Below are positions 21,481-30,634 of a stretch of 64,000 bases of DNA, piece by piece. The notes beneath the pieces are model-generated. The model saw nothing but the letters and a program-made list of their open reading frames with translations, was not told the origin of the DNA and made no database searches. The stretch spans positions 94,627-158,626 of the forward strand of contig JAUXNJ010000019.1 in the NCBI GenBank assembly GCA_030682795.1, written 5' to 3'. This stretch comes from Sphingobacteriaceae bacterium (GTDB lineage: Bacteria; Bacteroidota; Bacteroidia; UBA7662). A program made the translations under genes and the position numbers. Positions within the stretch are counted from its first letter, which is position 1. Each line of letters begins with the position of its first letter.

Positions 21481-21789
21481 TCAATTATACTTTTCGGGCC
21501 GAAGCACCTCAACGGTCTGCACAAAGGCCACAATGCCATATTTTTCGAAATACTGATCACTCAGCAACTCCATGAGTTGTGCTGCCTTGGTTTCATTGGT
21601 CAGGGTATCGATGCGAATGTTGCGTCCTTCCCAACCGCTGAAATGCCGTACATGCAGTCCTTCACCCGCAACTTCTGCCATGGTATAGCCTTGAATGCCA
21701 CAAGCCTTTAAGTCGGAGATCAGTCTTTCTGCCAAAGCGTCCAGTGCAATGATGGTGATCATTTTCACCGGTTTCAAATGGTTATTCAT
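21481..21789 (-). CDS. P-II-family protein, SbtB-like
   Basis: GYTMAEVAGEG..NIRIDTL..VEVLRPEKY; overlaps the Sbt permease stop by 4 nt. Confidence 0.78.
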   Translation of the reverse strand: MNNHLKPVKMITIIALDALAERLISDLKACGIQGYTMAEVAGEGLHVRHFSGWEGRNIRIDTLTNETKAAQLMELLSDQYFEKYGIVAFVQTVEVLRPEKYN

Positions 21790-22754
21790 GCGTATATGAT
21801 TTGAGCGATGTAAAGATATAAGGGAAGGCCGATGGTTACATTAAAAGGAAAGGCAATGGCCAAACTTCCGGTAAGGTAGAGGGTTGGATTGGCTTCTGGG
21901 ATGGCAATGCGCACCGCTGCTGGCGCCGCAATGTAAGAGGCACTGGCACACAGCAAGCCAAACAAGGTAGCTCCACCCATAGAGAGGCCTGCCCACTGCG
22001 CCATAAACACCCCCATGGTGGCATGCAACACAGGCATCACCAGGCCGTAGCCCAAGAGAAAAAACCCCACCTTTTTTAATTCAAACAAACGACGACCGGC
22101 AACCAGACCCACTTCTAACAAAAACAAACAGAGCACGCCGCGAAACAAGCCATCGTACATGGGCGCTACCTGCTCAAAACCTTCCTTTTGGGTAATTAGC
22201 CCTATACCTAGGCCGCCCAGAAGCAAAATGGTGCCTTTGTTGGTGAACAGTTCGTGTAGCACCTTTCCCATGCCTTGCTGACTTTGCGGTGCATGGCGGC
22301 GCGCCAGCCAAATGGAGAGTAAAATGGCTGGTACTTCCATGATGGCGAGGATAGCCGGCATAAAGCCTTCGAAAGAGATGCTCATGAGCTCCAGAAAAGC
22401 CAAACCTTCGGAGAAGGTCACTGCCGAAACCGAGCCGAAATGGGCGGCGATAGCGGCCGCATTGGCGTTGTCGAACTTACCGAGCTTGGTAAGGATCACA
22501 AAAGACACCGCCGCAATGATCAAGCAGGCGGCAATGGCAGCAAGCAGGGGCTTGTAGAAATCGGCGAAGGCCACATCCGAGAGCTTTACCCCGCCCTTCA
22601 GGCCAATGGCAAATAAGAGATAGATGGTTAAGCCCATGTACATGCCCTCGGGAAATTTCAAATCACTTCGGAGCAGGGTGGCTAAGATGCCGAGTAAAAA
22701 GGCCAGGACCATTGGAGAGGTCAAACTGGCAAACAGCGCGCTTCCTAGTTCCAT
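21786..22754 (-). CDS. Sodium-dependent bicarbonate transport permease (SbtA/DUF897 family)
   Basis: YLLFAIGLKGG, HFGSVSAVTF, ASASYIAAPAA and FPFNVTIGLPLY motifs. Confidence 0.88.
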   Translation of the reverse strand: MELGSALFASLTSPMVLAFLLGILATLLRSDLKFPEGMYMGLTIYLLFAIGLKGGVKLSDVAFADFYKPLLAAIAACLIIAAVSFVILTKLGKFDNANAAAIAAHFGSVSAVTFSEGLAFLELMSISFEGFMPAILAIMEVPAILLSIWLARRHAPQSQQGMGKVLHELFTNKGTILLLGGLGIGLITQKEGFEQVAPMYDGLFRGVLCLFLLEVGLVAGRRLFELKKVGFFLLGYGLVMPVLHATMGVFMAQWAGLSMGGATLFGLLCASASYIAAPAAVRIAIPEANPTLYLTGSLAIAFPFNVTIGLPLYLYIAQIIYA

Positions 22755-22756
22755 GG

Positions 22757-23422
22757 TTAAGGCTTTGGTAAGGTTGCCAAATAGTTTTCAGGCAAAAACT
22801 CAACTTTGCCCGATTCGAGGTGGTAAACGGCGCCCACAATTTTTGTTTGTCCACTTGCCACCGCTTTCGACAACACCGGTTCGAGGTTCTGTAGCTGGGC
22901 TACTTGCATGGCTACATTTACTTTCACAGCGTTATCAATGCGATTTCCCTTTAAGTGAGCACTTGCTTGGGCAGCAGGTTTGATGGCATTGATCAAGGTT
23001 ACGATATGCCCGGGTACATCTGGCACCTTACAGGCAGCGGCTACCGCCCCGCATTCGGTATGCCCCAAAACCACAATCAACTTGGCACCGAGTACAGCAT
23101 TGGCAAACTCAATGCTTCCCCAAGAAGCATGGGTAGATACCTGTCCCGCGGTACGTACGATGAAAATGTCGCCTAAGCCTTGGTCGAAAATAATCTCGTT
23201 CGGCACCCGTGAATCGGAGCAGCCTACCACAATGGCAAAGGGGTTTTGTCCAGTGGCCACTTCCTTTACCCGCTTAGGACTTTGGTTGGGCCGTACCGAT
23301 TGGCCTTTGTAAAAGCGTTCGTTGCCTGCCTTTAGCAAGACTAAGGCCGAATCGGCACTCATTTGGGCGTAAGCGCAGAGGCTTAAGCTAAACCCTAAAA
23401 ATGTCAATAGCACGTATTTCAT
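22757..23422 (-). CDS. Beta-class carbonic anhydrase with signal peptide
   Basis: GCSDSRV and GHTECGAV zinc motifs; IFDQGLGDIFIVRTAG; start MKYVLL (23422). Confidence 0.92.
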   Translation of the reverse strand: MKYVLLTFLGFSLSLCAYAQMSADSALVLLKAGNERFYKGQSVRPNQSPKRVKEVATGQNPFAIVVGCSDSRVPNEIIFDQGLGDIFIVRTAGQVSTHASWGSIEFANAVLGAKLIVVLGHTECGAVAAACKVPDVPGHIVTLINAIKPAAQASAHLKGNRIDNAVKVNVAMQVAQLQNLEPVLSKAVASGQTKIVGAVYHLESGKVEFLPENYLATLPKP

Positions 23423-23460
23423 AGCTGGTTTTTTTAAACGCCACAAACCTACGGCGGCCC

Positions 23461-23485
23461 AAAACATATATTTCATTTATGTTTT
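23461..23485. promoter_or_regulatory. LysR-type operator (T-N11-A)
   Basis: AAAACATA-N9-TATGTTTT, perfect 8-bp arms between the divergent CA and LysR genes. Confidence 0.6.
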
Positions 23486-23509
23486 CTATATTTGGCATAA
23501 GATTTTATT

Positions 23510-24451
23510 ATGAACTACACCTTGCATCAACTGCTGATCCTGGCGAAAGTGGCGGAGTGCCAAAGCATCACCCGCGCGGCCGAAGCCTTGCATTTATCGC
23601 AGCCTGCTGTTTCAGTTCAGCTAAAAAATTTGCAAGAACAATTCAAAATCCCTTTGTTTCACATTCGGGCCAAAAGGGTATTTATGACCGATTTTGGCAA
23701 TGAATTGGTACAAACCACCCTTGAAATTGCAGCACAACTCGAAAGTTTCAACTATCGGGCAAAGGGAGCCAGCGGCAAACTCAGCGGGAAGCTCAGCATC
23801 AGTATTGTATCGACTGGCAAATACATCATGCCCTATTTTTTGCAGTCCTTTCTAGCACAAAATCCAGAAGTTGAATTACGCATGGATGTGACCAACAAGG
23901 CAGGCGTCATCAGCGCACTCGATCATAGCGATGCCGAGCTGGCCTTGGTATCGGCCTTGCCGCGCCAATTAAAAATAGCTGAATTGCCCTTGCTGCAAAA
24001 TCACCTCTTTTGGGTGGTAGGACCACAGTTTCAAATCGAAAAAGCCAGCTATTCGCCAGAGATCCTGAAAACAATGCCCCTCATTTTTAGAGAAGCTGGT
24101 TCAGCTACGCGCGCAGTAATGGAACAGGTGTGTGATCGAAAAAAAGTAGGCGGCACCAAAGAGCTGGTGCTCACCACGAATGAAGCGATTAAACAAGCGA
24201 TCATGGCGGGATTAGGCTGTTCGGTTATGCCGCTTATTGGACTCAAACACGAACTCGCTAGCGGTGATTTACAACTGCTGCCGGTTAAAGGCTTGCCGGT
24301 AGTTACACAATGGCGACTTATTTGGTTGAGTACGCGTCCCCTATCGCCCGTAGCTGCGGCTTACCTGGCCCACCTGCAAAACAACCGGGAGCAGGTGTAC
24401 GAGGAGCATTTTGCATGGACCAGTGCGTACCTGCACCCGGTCAAACTTTAA
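23510..24451 (+). CDS. LysR-family regulator (CbbR/CmpR-like)
   Basis: TLHQL..SITRAAEALHLSQPAVS HTH; STGKY, REAGSATR and NEAIKQAIMAGLG motifs. Confidence 0.9.
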   Translation: MNYTLHQLLILAKVAECQSITRAAEALHLSQPAVSVQLKNLQEQFKIPLFHIRAKRVFMTDFGNELVQTTLEIAAQLESFNYRAKGASGKLSGKLSISIVSTGKYIMPYFLQSFLAQNPEVELRMDVTNKAGVISALDHSDAELALVSALPRQLKIAELPLLQNHLFWVVGPQFQIEKASYSPEILKTMPLIFREAGSATRAVMEQVCDRKKVGGTKELVLTTNEAIKQAIMAGLGCSVMPLIGLKHELASGDLQLLPVKGLPVVTQWRLIWLSTRPLSPVAAAYLAHLQNNREQVYEEHFAWTSAYLHPVKL

Positions 24452-24466
24452 AGACTTTTTTGCAGG

Positions 24467-24916
24467 CTATTTTTCGTTGTCCGTACCTATACGCTTCCAA
24501 ATGGTAAGCACATGTTTGTCACCTGCCCTGGTTTCAAAATAAGCCGGACGATACGCCTTAGGTGCGGCAAAACAGGCCTCCAAGGTATCTCCTTTTAATC
24601 GAAAAATGCCGTTGCGTTTAAGCCCGGCATCGTCATTACCCGCCACCCACACATCGAGGTGCTTGGGATAAAACATTTCTTCGTAGCGGTATTTGCCCAG
24701 TGATAAGGTAACCTCTCCTTCTTGATACACTTCAAAGCCCCCGTCTTCTACCTCTAATTCAACCGTTGCAATTTTATAATCGGGATACACCACCCCGTCA
24801 ATCTCCACATGTAAAAGCTTCCATTTACCTTCTAAATTGGCCCCAGTGGGGTGTGAATTGAGGCAGGCTGTAAGGCCCAATGAAAGCAATAACCAAAATC
24901 CGATTCGTATTAACAA
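24467..24916 (-). CDS. Lipoprotein with TIGR03067-like domain
   Basis: Lipobox LTAC; LEGKWKL..GIFRLKGDTLEACFA..RP..F pattern. Confidence 0.65.
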   Translation of the reverse strand: MLIRIGFWLLLSLGLTACLNSHPTGANLEGKWKLLHVEIDGVVYPDYKIATVELEVEDGGFEVYQEGEVTLSLGKYRYEEMFYPKHLDVWVAGNDDAGLKRNGIFRLKGDTLEACFAAPKAYRPAYFETRAGDKHVLTIWKRIGTDNEK

Positions 24917-25018
24917 CTTGTAAATAATTAGGGGTGATTAAACCCAGCCTATATTAACCGAAATGCAGGACAGATAGTTTAACGCTTGCAAAAAAACCAT
25001 ATTTCTATCAAAAACAAA

Positions 25019-25042
25019 AACGCCCCGATAAATCGAGGCGTT
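25019..25042 (-). terminator. Probable intrinsic terminator
   Basis: AACGCCCCGAT-AA-ATCGAGGCGTT stem; the preceding A-run is a T-run on the minus strand. Confidence 0.6.
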
Positions 25043-25061
25043 CTGTTGTTAAAAATTAACG

Positions 25062-25844
25062 TTAAGGTAAGGTAATGGTACGTGTTCGGCCATTCATAGT
25101 TACTGTGGCCTGGTTGTCGCAGCTGCCGTTTCCAAAGTCAATGGTACGACTGTTGTTGCCGCGGGTGGTGGTCATCACGCCGCTCACCAGCCAATTGCAG
25201 CTCACTTCTTTGCGCAAGGGGGTGGTGATGGTTTGGCTGGAAGTGAGACCATTGCGGGTATTGCTACTGCCGCCGCTGATCAAAAATACATCGTCGCTAC
25301 GTAGCGGGGTTGCATAGCCAGCAATCATTTCGATGCTGCGGGTGGCAGTGCGTTGCATGCTGTCGTTGGTAGGACTCACCAGTAGCAAAGTGCTAGTACG
25401 ACTGAGCAGCGGATTGCCGTTGTTGAGGCTGTGTGAGCCGCTGATGCTGCCAGTAACGGCATGGTCGTTCACAAAATAATTGGTAAAGGCCACGCTGAAA
25501 CTGCTGCCTGCTTGGCGGCGTTGTCCGGTGTAGCTGATTACAACCACCCCTCTGCGGAAGCGCCCATCGGCACACAAGCAGTTGGTAGTGCCGTAGTCGA
25601 TGGTGATGGTGCGCGGCGTGGTAGTAGTGTCGCGGGTAACGGTGGCGCAAGGAGCCGGCGGAAAGCTTTCGGGGGTGTCGTTGAGGAACATCTCGTCAAA
25701 AGTGCCCTCGTCAATGGTCAATAAATTTTCGAATTGCGTGCTTTCGTCGGCCGAGCGCTGCTCGTCTTGGTCGAGATTTTCTTTTTGGCAGGCGCTTAAA
25801 GTCACTAAAAGCACAGCTGCTACGGTTAGTATTTTTTTCATCAT
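25062..25844 (-). CDS. Hypothetical Thr-rich beta-strand lipoprotein (Bacteroidota type)
   Basis: Lipobox LSAC; TIDYGTTNC..DGR.RRG and IDFGNGSCDN segments. Confidence 0.75.
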   Translation of the reverse strand: MMKKILTVAAVLLVTLSACQKENLDQDEQRSADESTQFENLLTIDEGTFDEMFLNDTPESFPPAPCATVTRDTTTTPRTITIDYGTTNCLCADGRFRRGVVVISYTGQRRQAGSSFSVAFTNYFVNDHAVTGSISGSHSLNNGNPLLSRTSTLLLVSPTNDSMQRTATRSIEMIAGYATPLRSDDVFLISGGSSNTRNGLTSSQTITTPLRKEVSCNWLVSGVMTTTRGNNSRTIDFGNGSCDNQATVTMNGRTRTITLP

Positions 25845-25915
25845 TTCGGTTTTAGGAAATCAACAGGCATATGACGCCACAAGGAGCGCAAGGTTTAACG
25901 ACGAAGCTACTTCTT

Positions 25916-27418
25916 TTATGGCAGAAGCCGCACTTGTGCTTTTTCGGCAATGCTGAGGGGGAGCGAAAACGACTGTTCTTCAGAACTTAGTTCTAAGTCC
26001 CTTTCGCTGCGCGCTCGCAATTGCAACACCTGGTTGGGCGAGATACCGAGCTTCCACAAGGCAGAAGTCACCGCGGCGCTCTTTTGGGTACTCAGCACCA
26101 TCACCTGTTGGCCCGGCTTCACCTCTGCTAACAACACGGTTGTTTTGCTCCGCTGTGGGATGGGCGAACCATGTGGGTCGGTGGTAGGGAAACCTAAGCG
26201 CGCTTCTACTTCTTGCAAAAACACCTCGGGCAAGCGGTGCTCAAATTGCTCGGCTTGACCGTGAATTTGATTGCTTTGCAAGCCCATTTCCTGCACCAAA
26301 TAACTTTCCCAGATGCGGTGGGCGCGAATGAGTTGGTAGGCCCGTTCCAAACCGGCGGCACTGATTTGAATATTGTTTTGTTGCACCGGCTCCAGCCATT
26401 TCCGGCGCTGCAATGCCAGCAGTTTGCGTCGCAGCTGCCGCTCATTAAGTCCAAAGGCAGCTGCGGTTTCGGGCAAAGACTTCAACCCTTTTTCCTGCAG
26501 TTTTACCAGGGCTTTCAAAACATCTTCTAATGCCTGTAATTTCTGCCTCTTCGCCTTGCGAATACGTAGCAACAGCAATCCCTTCTTAGGAGAAAAGAGC
26601 ATGGCCAATAAATAAAATGCAGTGGCCACGAGGGTCATGGCCGGACCCGGAGTGGTTTCCCAAATGATGGCGAATATTAACCCCATACTGGCCGAAAGCA
26701 CCCCTACCAAAGCCGATAAGGCCAGCACCACCGGCAAGCGATTGCTGAGCAAGAGGGCGGTGGAAGCGGGAATGATGAGCATGGCTACTACCAAAATCAC
26801 CCCAACCGATTGCAAGGAGGCCACCACGGCAAAACTCAACAACATCATCATAAAATAATGCATGAGGTTGGCATTGATGCCTGTTGTGGTAGCCATAACC
26901 GCCTGAAAAGTGGTGACGAAAAAATATCTGTAAAAAGCCAAAATGCACAGCAGCGTATAAACCATGATGAGGCCGGTGAGCCAAATGTCCTGATCGGCAA
27001 TGCCCAACACATTGCCAAAAAGGAAATCCTTCATATCGAGGTGCACACCTTCTTGTCGCGTTACCGCCGAAATGCCGATGATGCCCAAGGCAAACATGGC
27101 CGAAAACACAATGCCAATGGCCGCGTCTTCCTTGGTTTTAACGTTACGCTGCAGCCAGGTGATGCTGAGGGCGGCGAGCAATCCTGCCACCACCGAACCA
27201 GTAAAGAAGGCAAAAATGCTGTGGCCCGCAATGAGGAAGCCCACCACCACCCCGGGCAAGATGGCGTGCGAGAGCGCATCACCGATGAGCGACATGTTCC
27301 GCAACACGATGAAAACGCCCAGGAGCCCGCAGGTAATGCCCACGAGCACCGAAGCAAGCAAGGCCCGCTGGGCATAGGCATAGCCAAATACGTCGGAAAG
27401 TTCTTGCCAGTGATTCAT
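25916..27418 (-). CDS. Mn/Fe/Zn ABC permease fused to a DtxR/MntR repressor and a FeoA-like domain
   Basis: N-half GDALSHAILPG and SVGVILVVAMLIIP (ABC-3 permease); C-half EDVLKAL..HRIWESYL..HGQAEQFEH..DPHGSPIP (DtxR); LWKLGISPNQVL (FeoA/SH3-like). Confidence 0.9.
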   Translation of the reverse strand: MNHWQELSDVFGYAYAQRALLASVLVGITCGLLGVFIVLRNMSLIGDALSHAILPGVVVGFLIAGHSIFAFFTGSVVAGLLAALSITWLQRNVKTKEDAAIGIVFSAMFALGIIGISAVTRQEGVHLDMKDFLFGNVLGIADQDIWLTGLIMVYTLLCILAFYRYFFVTTFQAVMATTTGINANLMHYFMMMLLSFAVVASLQSVGVILVVAMLIIPASTALLLSNRLPVVLALSALVGVLSASMGLIFAIIWETTPGPAMTLVATAFYLLAMLFSPKKGLLLLRIRKAKRQKLQALEDVLKALVKLQEKGLKSLPETAAAFGLNERQLRRKLLALQRRKWLEPVQQNNIQISAAGLERAYQLIRAHRIWESYLVQEMGLQSNQIHGQAEQFEHRLPEVFLQEVEARLGFPTTDPHGSPIPQRSKTTVLLAEVKPGQQVMVLSTQKSAAVTSALWKLGISPNQVLQLRARSERDLELSSEEQSFSLPLSIAEKAQVRLLP

Positions 27419-29181
27419 CGGCTGCGGTTGAATTGTTGGGCCTGGTCGTACATGGGCTGGGTGCCGCTAAAGGTGCGCAGGATGTTGGCTTCGGTGACCA
27501 CCTCGGCCGGCGATCCAAAGGCCACCAAGCGGCGGTTGATCATAATCACCTGGTCGAAATAGGCTTGCGCCTTGCTTAAATCGTGGTGAATCATGACCAC
27601 GGTTTTGCCCTCGGCCACCAGGCGGCGGAGAATCTGAATGATTTTTTCCTCGGTGGTCACGTCTACCCCTACAAAAGGCTCGTCGAGGAAATACAGCTGG
27701 GCCTCTTGCGCCAGCGCCCGGGCCAAAAACACCCGCTGCTGCTGTCCACCCGAGAGCTCGCCAATTTGCTTGTGCAGCAGTTGCTCGAGTTCCAACTCCT
27801 GAATGTGCTGCAGTGCTTTGGCTTTGTCGGTGCTGTTGAGCGACTGAAACGGCCGTTTGTGGGGGTAGCGACCCATGAGCACGAGGTCGTACACGGTAGC
27901 GGGGAAGGTCCAGTCGATTTCCTCCTTCTGCGGCACATAGGCAATGTGGGTTTGCACCGCTTCTACCGGCAAGCCGCCGATGGTAATGGCGCCACGGTCG
28001 GTTTTGAGCAGGCCCAAAATGCTTTTGAAGAGGGTGCTTTTGCCGGAGCCGTTCGGACCAATGAGTCCGTACAACTTGCCCTGCTCGAGCTGCAAATCAA
28101 AGTGGTTGAGGATAACTTTATCGTCGTACGCCACAGTGAGGCCGTTGATGTGGATGGGGTGCTGTGCCGGCAAATCGCTGCTGTTCTTCCGCTGTATGCG
28201 CACGGCCAGTACGGCAAAGGCCAAGGCAAAAAAGCCGGCAATGATCAGCAGCATGAGCAAATCGGTACGGCGACTGTTGGCCGCGCCGCTGCCTTGGAGA
28301 CCTTCGAGCAGGGTGTCGGCATTGTGGCGGAGCATGCTCAAATAAGTGTCGGCGCCGCTGCCCTTGGGCCCCATGCTGTCGGCATACATACTGCCGCCAA
28401 TACGGATGCCGGCGTCGGCAGCTACTTGCTGCAGCAGCTTGGGGTTGATGGTGCTTTCGATGAAAAGGGCCGGTAAATTTTCGGCCTCGATGGTGCGGAT
28501 GAGGTCATGGAGGTCGCTTACCCGCACTTCGGCATCGGTGGTGGTGCCAAGTACCGACAATACCCGCATGCCATAGCGGTTGCCAAAGTAGCGAAAGGCG
28601 TCGTGGGTAGTGGCAATGATGCGGTGTTCGGCGGGAATTTGGGCGATGCGACCTTCGATATAGGTGTGGAGGGAAAGCAATTGCTGGTCGTAAGCCTCAA
28701 AATTGCGTTCTATATCGGCGGCATGGGCGGGCAACAAGCGCTGCAAACCGTTGGCCATGTTGCGAATGTAGATGCGGCCGAGCAGCGGGTCCATCCAGGC
28801 ATGCGGGTCGTAGCTGTTGGCGTGCTCAGCACTGCCAATGGGCGTGATGCCGTCGCTGGCGGTCACCAAAAGCGCTTTGCCCCCGGCCTGGTCGATGAGC
28901 TTCTTGAGCCAGCCTTCGAGGTTGAGACCATTTTCAATGATCAGATCCGCCTCAGCCAGCAGCCGAGCATCGCCGGGAACGGCTTCGTAGATGTGCGGAT
29001 CGGCCCCTAGCGGCAGCAAGGATATTACTTCGCAATGCTCCCCTGCCAACTGCTGTGCCATGTCTGCCAAAAAGCTGGTGGTGGCTACCACTTTCACCAC
29101 TGGAGCCTGTGCCGCAGTGCTGCTGGAGCTTAAAACGCCCACCATCAAAAGCAGAAAAAACAATGTGCTACGGCCTTGCAT
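27415..29181 (-). CDS. TroA/MntA-type metal-binding protein fused through one TM helix to an ABC ATPase
   Basis: Signal peptide; DPHIYE, DPHAW, THDAFRYF and YADS ligand motifs; TM LLMLLIIAGFFALAFAVLAV; GPNGSGKS, LSGGQQQR, FLDEP and IHHD. Confidence 0.9.
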   Translation of the reverse strand: MQGRSTLFFLLLMVGVLSSSSTAAQAPVVKVVATTSFLADMAQQLAGEHCEVISLLPLGADPHIYEAVPGDARLLAEADLIIENGLNLEGWLKKLIDQAGGKALLVTASDGITPIGSAEHANSYDPHAWMDPLLGRIYIRNMANGLQRLLPAHAADIERNFEAYDQQLLSLHTYIEGRIAQIPAEHRIIATTHDAFRYFGNRYGMRVLSVLGTTTDAEVRVSDLHDLIRTIEAENLPALFIESTINPKLLQQVAADAGIRIGGSMYADSMGPKGSGADTYLSMLRHNADTLLEGLQGSGAANSRRTDLLMLLIIAGFFALAFAVLAVRIQRKNSSDLPAQHPIHINGLTVAYDDKVILNHFDLQLEQGKLYGLIGPNGSGKSTLFKSILGLLKTDRGAITIGGLPVEAVQTHIAYVPQKEEIDWTFPATVYDLVLMGRYPHKRPFQSLNSTDKAKALQHIQELELEQLLHKQIGELSGGQQQRVFLARALAQEAQLYFLDEPFVGVDVTTEEKIIQILRRLVAEGKTVVMIHHDLSKAQAYFDQVIMINRRLVAFGSPAEVVTEANILRTFSGTQPMYDQAQQFNRSR

Positions 29182-29198
29182 GCCACAAAGATAGGTTG

Positions 29199-29218
29199 TT
29201 TTTAGGTTTGTCTAAAAA
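29199..29218. promoter_or_regulatory. DtxR/MntR-type operator
   Basis: TTTTTAG-GTTTGT-CTAAAAA palindrome; core TTAGGTTTGTCTAA matches 12/14 of the DtxR consensus TTAGGTTAGCCTAA; 17 nt upstream of the ATG. Confidence 0.7.
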
Positions 29219-29255
29219 ATAATTTTGGAGATGCTGTTTATTGCTGGTTGGGCAT

Positions 29256-29280
29256 AAAAAAAGCCGCATCAGCGGCTTTT
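29256..29280. terminator. Intrinsic terminator (bidirectional form)
   Basis: AAAAAAAGCCGC-ATCA-GCGGCTTTT. Confidence 0.7.
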
Positions 29281-29295
29281 GGGAAATGAGCGGTA

Positions 29296-29685
29296 TTATT
29301 CAGACTGAGGCTGGCCCAATCGGCCTCTATGTTTGGCTCTTTTGGCCTCCATTTTCTGCTTCCGAAGTACTTTGTCTGCTTGGTAACGTGTTTTTTGCTC
29401 GGCATCGAGCACTTCCAGTATAGCTACTTCTTGCGCTTGCTGGGCCTGGTTCATTTCCTGACGGGCCTGACGAGCAGCTTCCTGCTTTTGGGCAATGGTA
29501 AGTTCGGTTTTCACGAGTTCGGGTTGCAAACGGGCCTGCTGATCTTGCGTTAACTGGTATTTTTTGCTCAAATGGTTTACCTTCATGCTGGCCTTTTCTT
29601 CGGGCGTTTTGGCAGGTGCAGCCTCTTGGGCTTGGGCGGCGCTCACTACAAAAGCAAGGGCGGCCATCAACATTAATTTTTTCAT
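29296..29685 (-). CDS. Secreted helical protein, Spy/CpxP-like LTxxQ type
   Basis: Signal peptide MKKLMLMAALAFVVSAAQA; YQLTQDQQ and VLDAEQK motifs; start 29685. Confidence 0.65.
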   Translation of the reverse strand: MKKLMLMAALAFVVSAAQAQEAAPAKTPEEKASMKVNHLSKKYQLTQDQQARLQPELVKTELTIAQKQEAARQARQEMNQAQQAQEVAILEVLDAEQKTRYQADKVLRKQKMEAKRAKHRGRLGQPQSE

Positions 29686-29857
29686 AACAAAAAGATTTAA
29701 TGGTGGTGTGACCGCCATTCTGCCCTTGGGTTTAATCACAAACGTTAAGGAATGTCAAAGCAAAGGGCCTTTTTTTAACCAAAAGGAAACGCTTTCTACC
29801 TATTATTGTTAGGTCTATATAGTAACTTTGTTAAAACCTTAAATAATAAATCAGCTT

Positions 29858-30466
29858 ATGGCATTCGAATTACCAGCACTTCCCTATGCGCACAACGCGC
29901 TCGAACCTAATATCGACACAGCAACCATGGAAATCCACCATGGCAAACACCACGCTGCTTACGTAAACAACCTCAACGCTGCCATCGCAGGCACCGAAAA
30001 CGAAGGCAAATCGCTCGAAGATTTGATGGCCAACATCAGCAAATTGCCAGCAGCCGTTCGTAACAACGGTGGTGGTCACTACAACCACAGCTTGTTCTGG
30101 ACCGTGATGAGTCCGAACGGCGGTGGCGAACCTACAGGCGACTTGGCAGCGGCTATCAACAGCACCTTCGGTTCGTTTGCAGCCTTCAAAGAAGAATTTG
30201 CCAAGGCAGGCGCAACCCGTTTTGGCTCAGGCTGGGCGTGGTTGTGTGTTGAACATGGCAAATTGAAAGTGTGCAGCACCCCTAACCAAGACAATCCTTT
30301 GATGGATGTGGTGACCGATTGCAATGGCACACCGATTCTCGGATTAGACGTTTGGGAACATGCTTATTACCTCAACTACCAGAACCGCCGTCCCGACTAC
30401 ATCACGGCCTTTTGGAATGTGGTGAACTGGGCAGAAGTGGCTCGTCGCTACGCGGCAGCGCTCTAA
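29858..30466 (+). CDS. sodA: Superoxide dismutase, probably Mn-type
   Basis: [17 protein letters not shown] and [14 protein letters not shown] signature favours Mn. Confidence 0.9.
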   Translation: MAFELPALPYAHNALEPNIDTATMEIHHGKHHAAYVNNLNAAIAGTENEGKSLEDLMANISKLPAAVRNNGGGHYNHSLFWTVMSPNGGGEPTGDLAAAINSTFGSFAAFKEEFAKAGATRFGSGWAWLCVEHGKLKVCSTPNQDNPLMDVVTDCNGTPILGLDVWEHAYYLNYQNRRPDYITAFWNVVNWAEVARRYAAAL

Positions 30467-30487
30467 GCCAGTCAGCTAATACTTACC

Positions 30488-30519
30488 AAGCCGGTTTCGT
30501 TTTCGAAGCCGGCTTTTTT
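30488..30519 (+). terminator. Intrinsic terminator after sod
   Basis: AAGCCGGTTTCG-TTTT-CGAAGCCGGCTT followed by a T-run. Confidence 0.8.
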
Positions 30520-30634
30520 ATTGGATGTCATGGCTGTTAGGATGGGGAGGCGGTTCTCTGCCGTGCAGCGGCTTATTCTCCGCAAATTTGCGGTGATTGT
30601 GCTGCCTATTCGCTGCACCATCTTGAAGACCAAC

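Noticed and set aside
29808..29826. TTAGGTCTATATAGTAA upstream of sod as a second DtxR box
   Set aside because: Only one half-site matches; poor symmetry.
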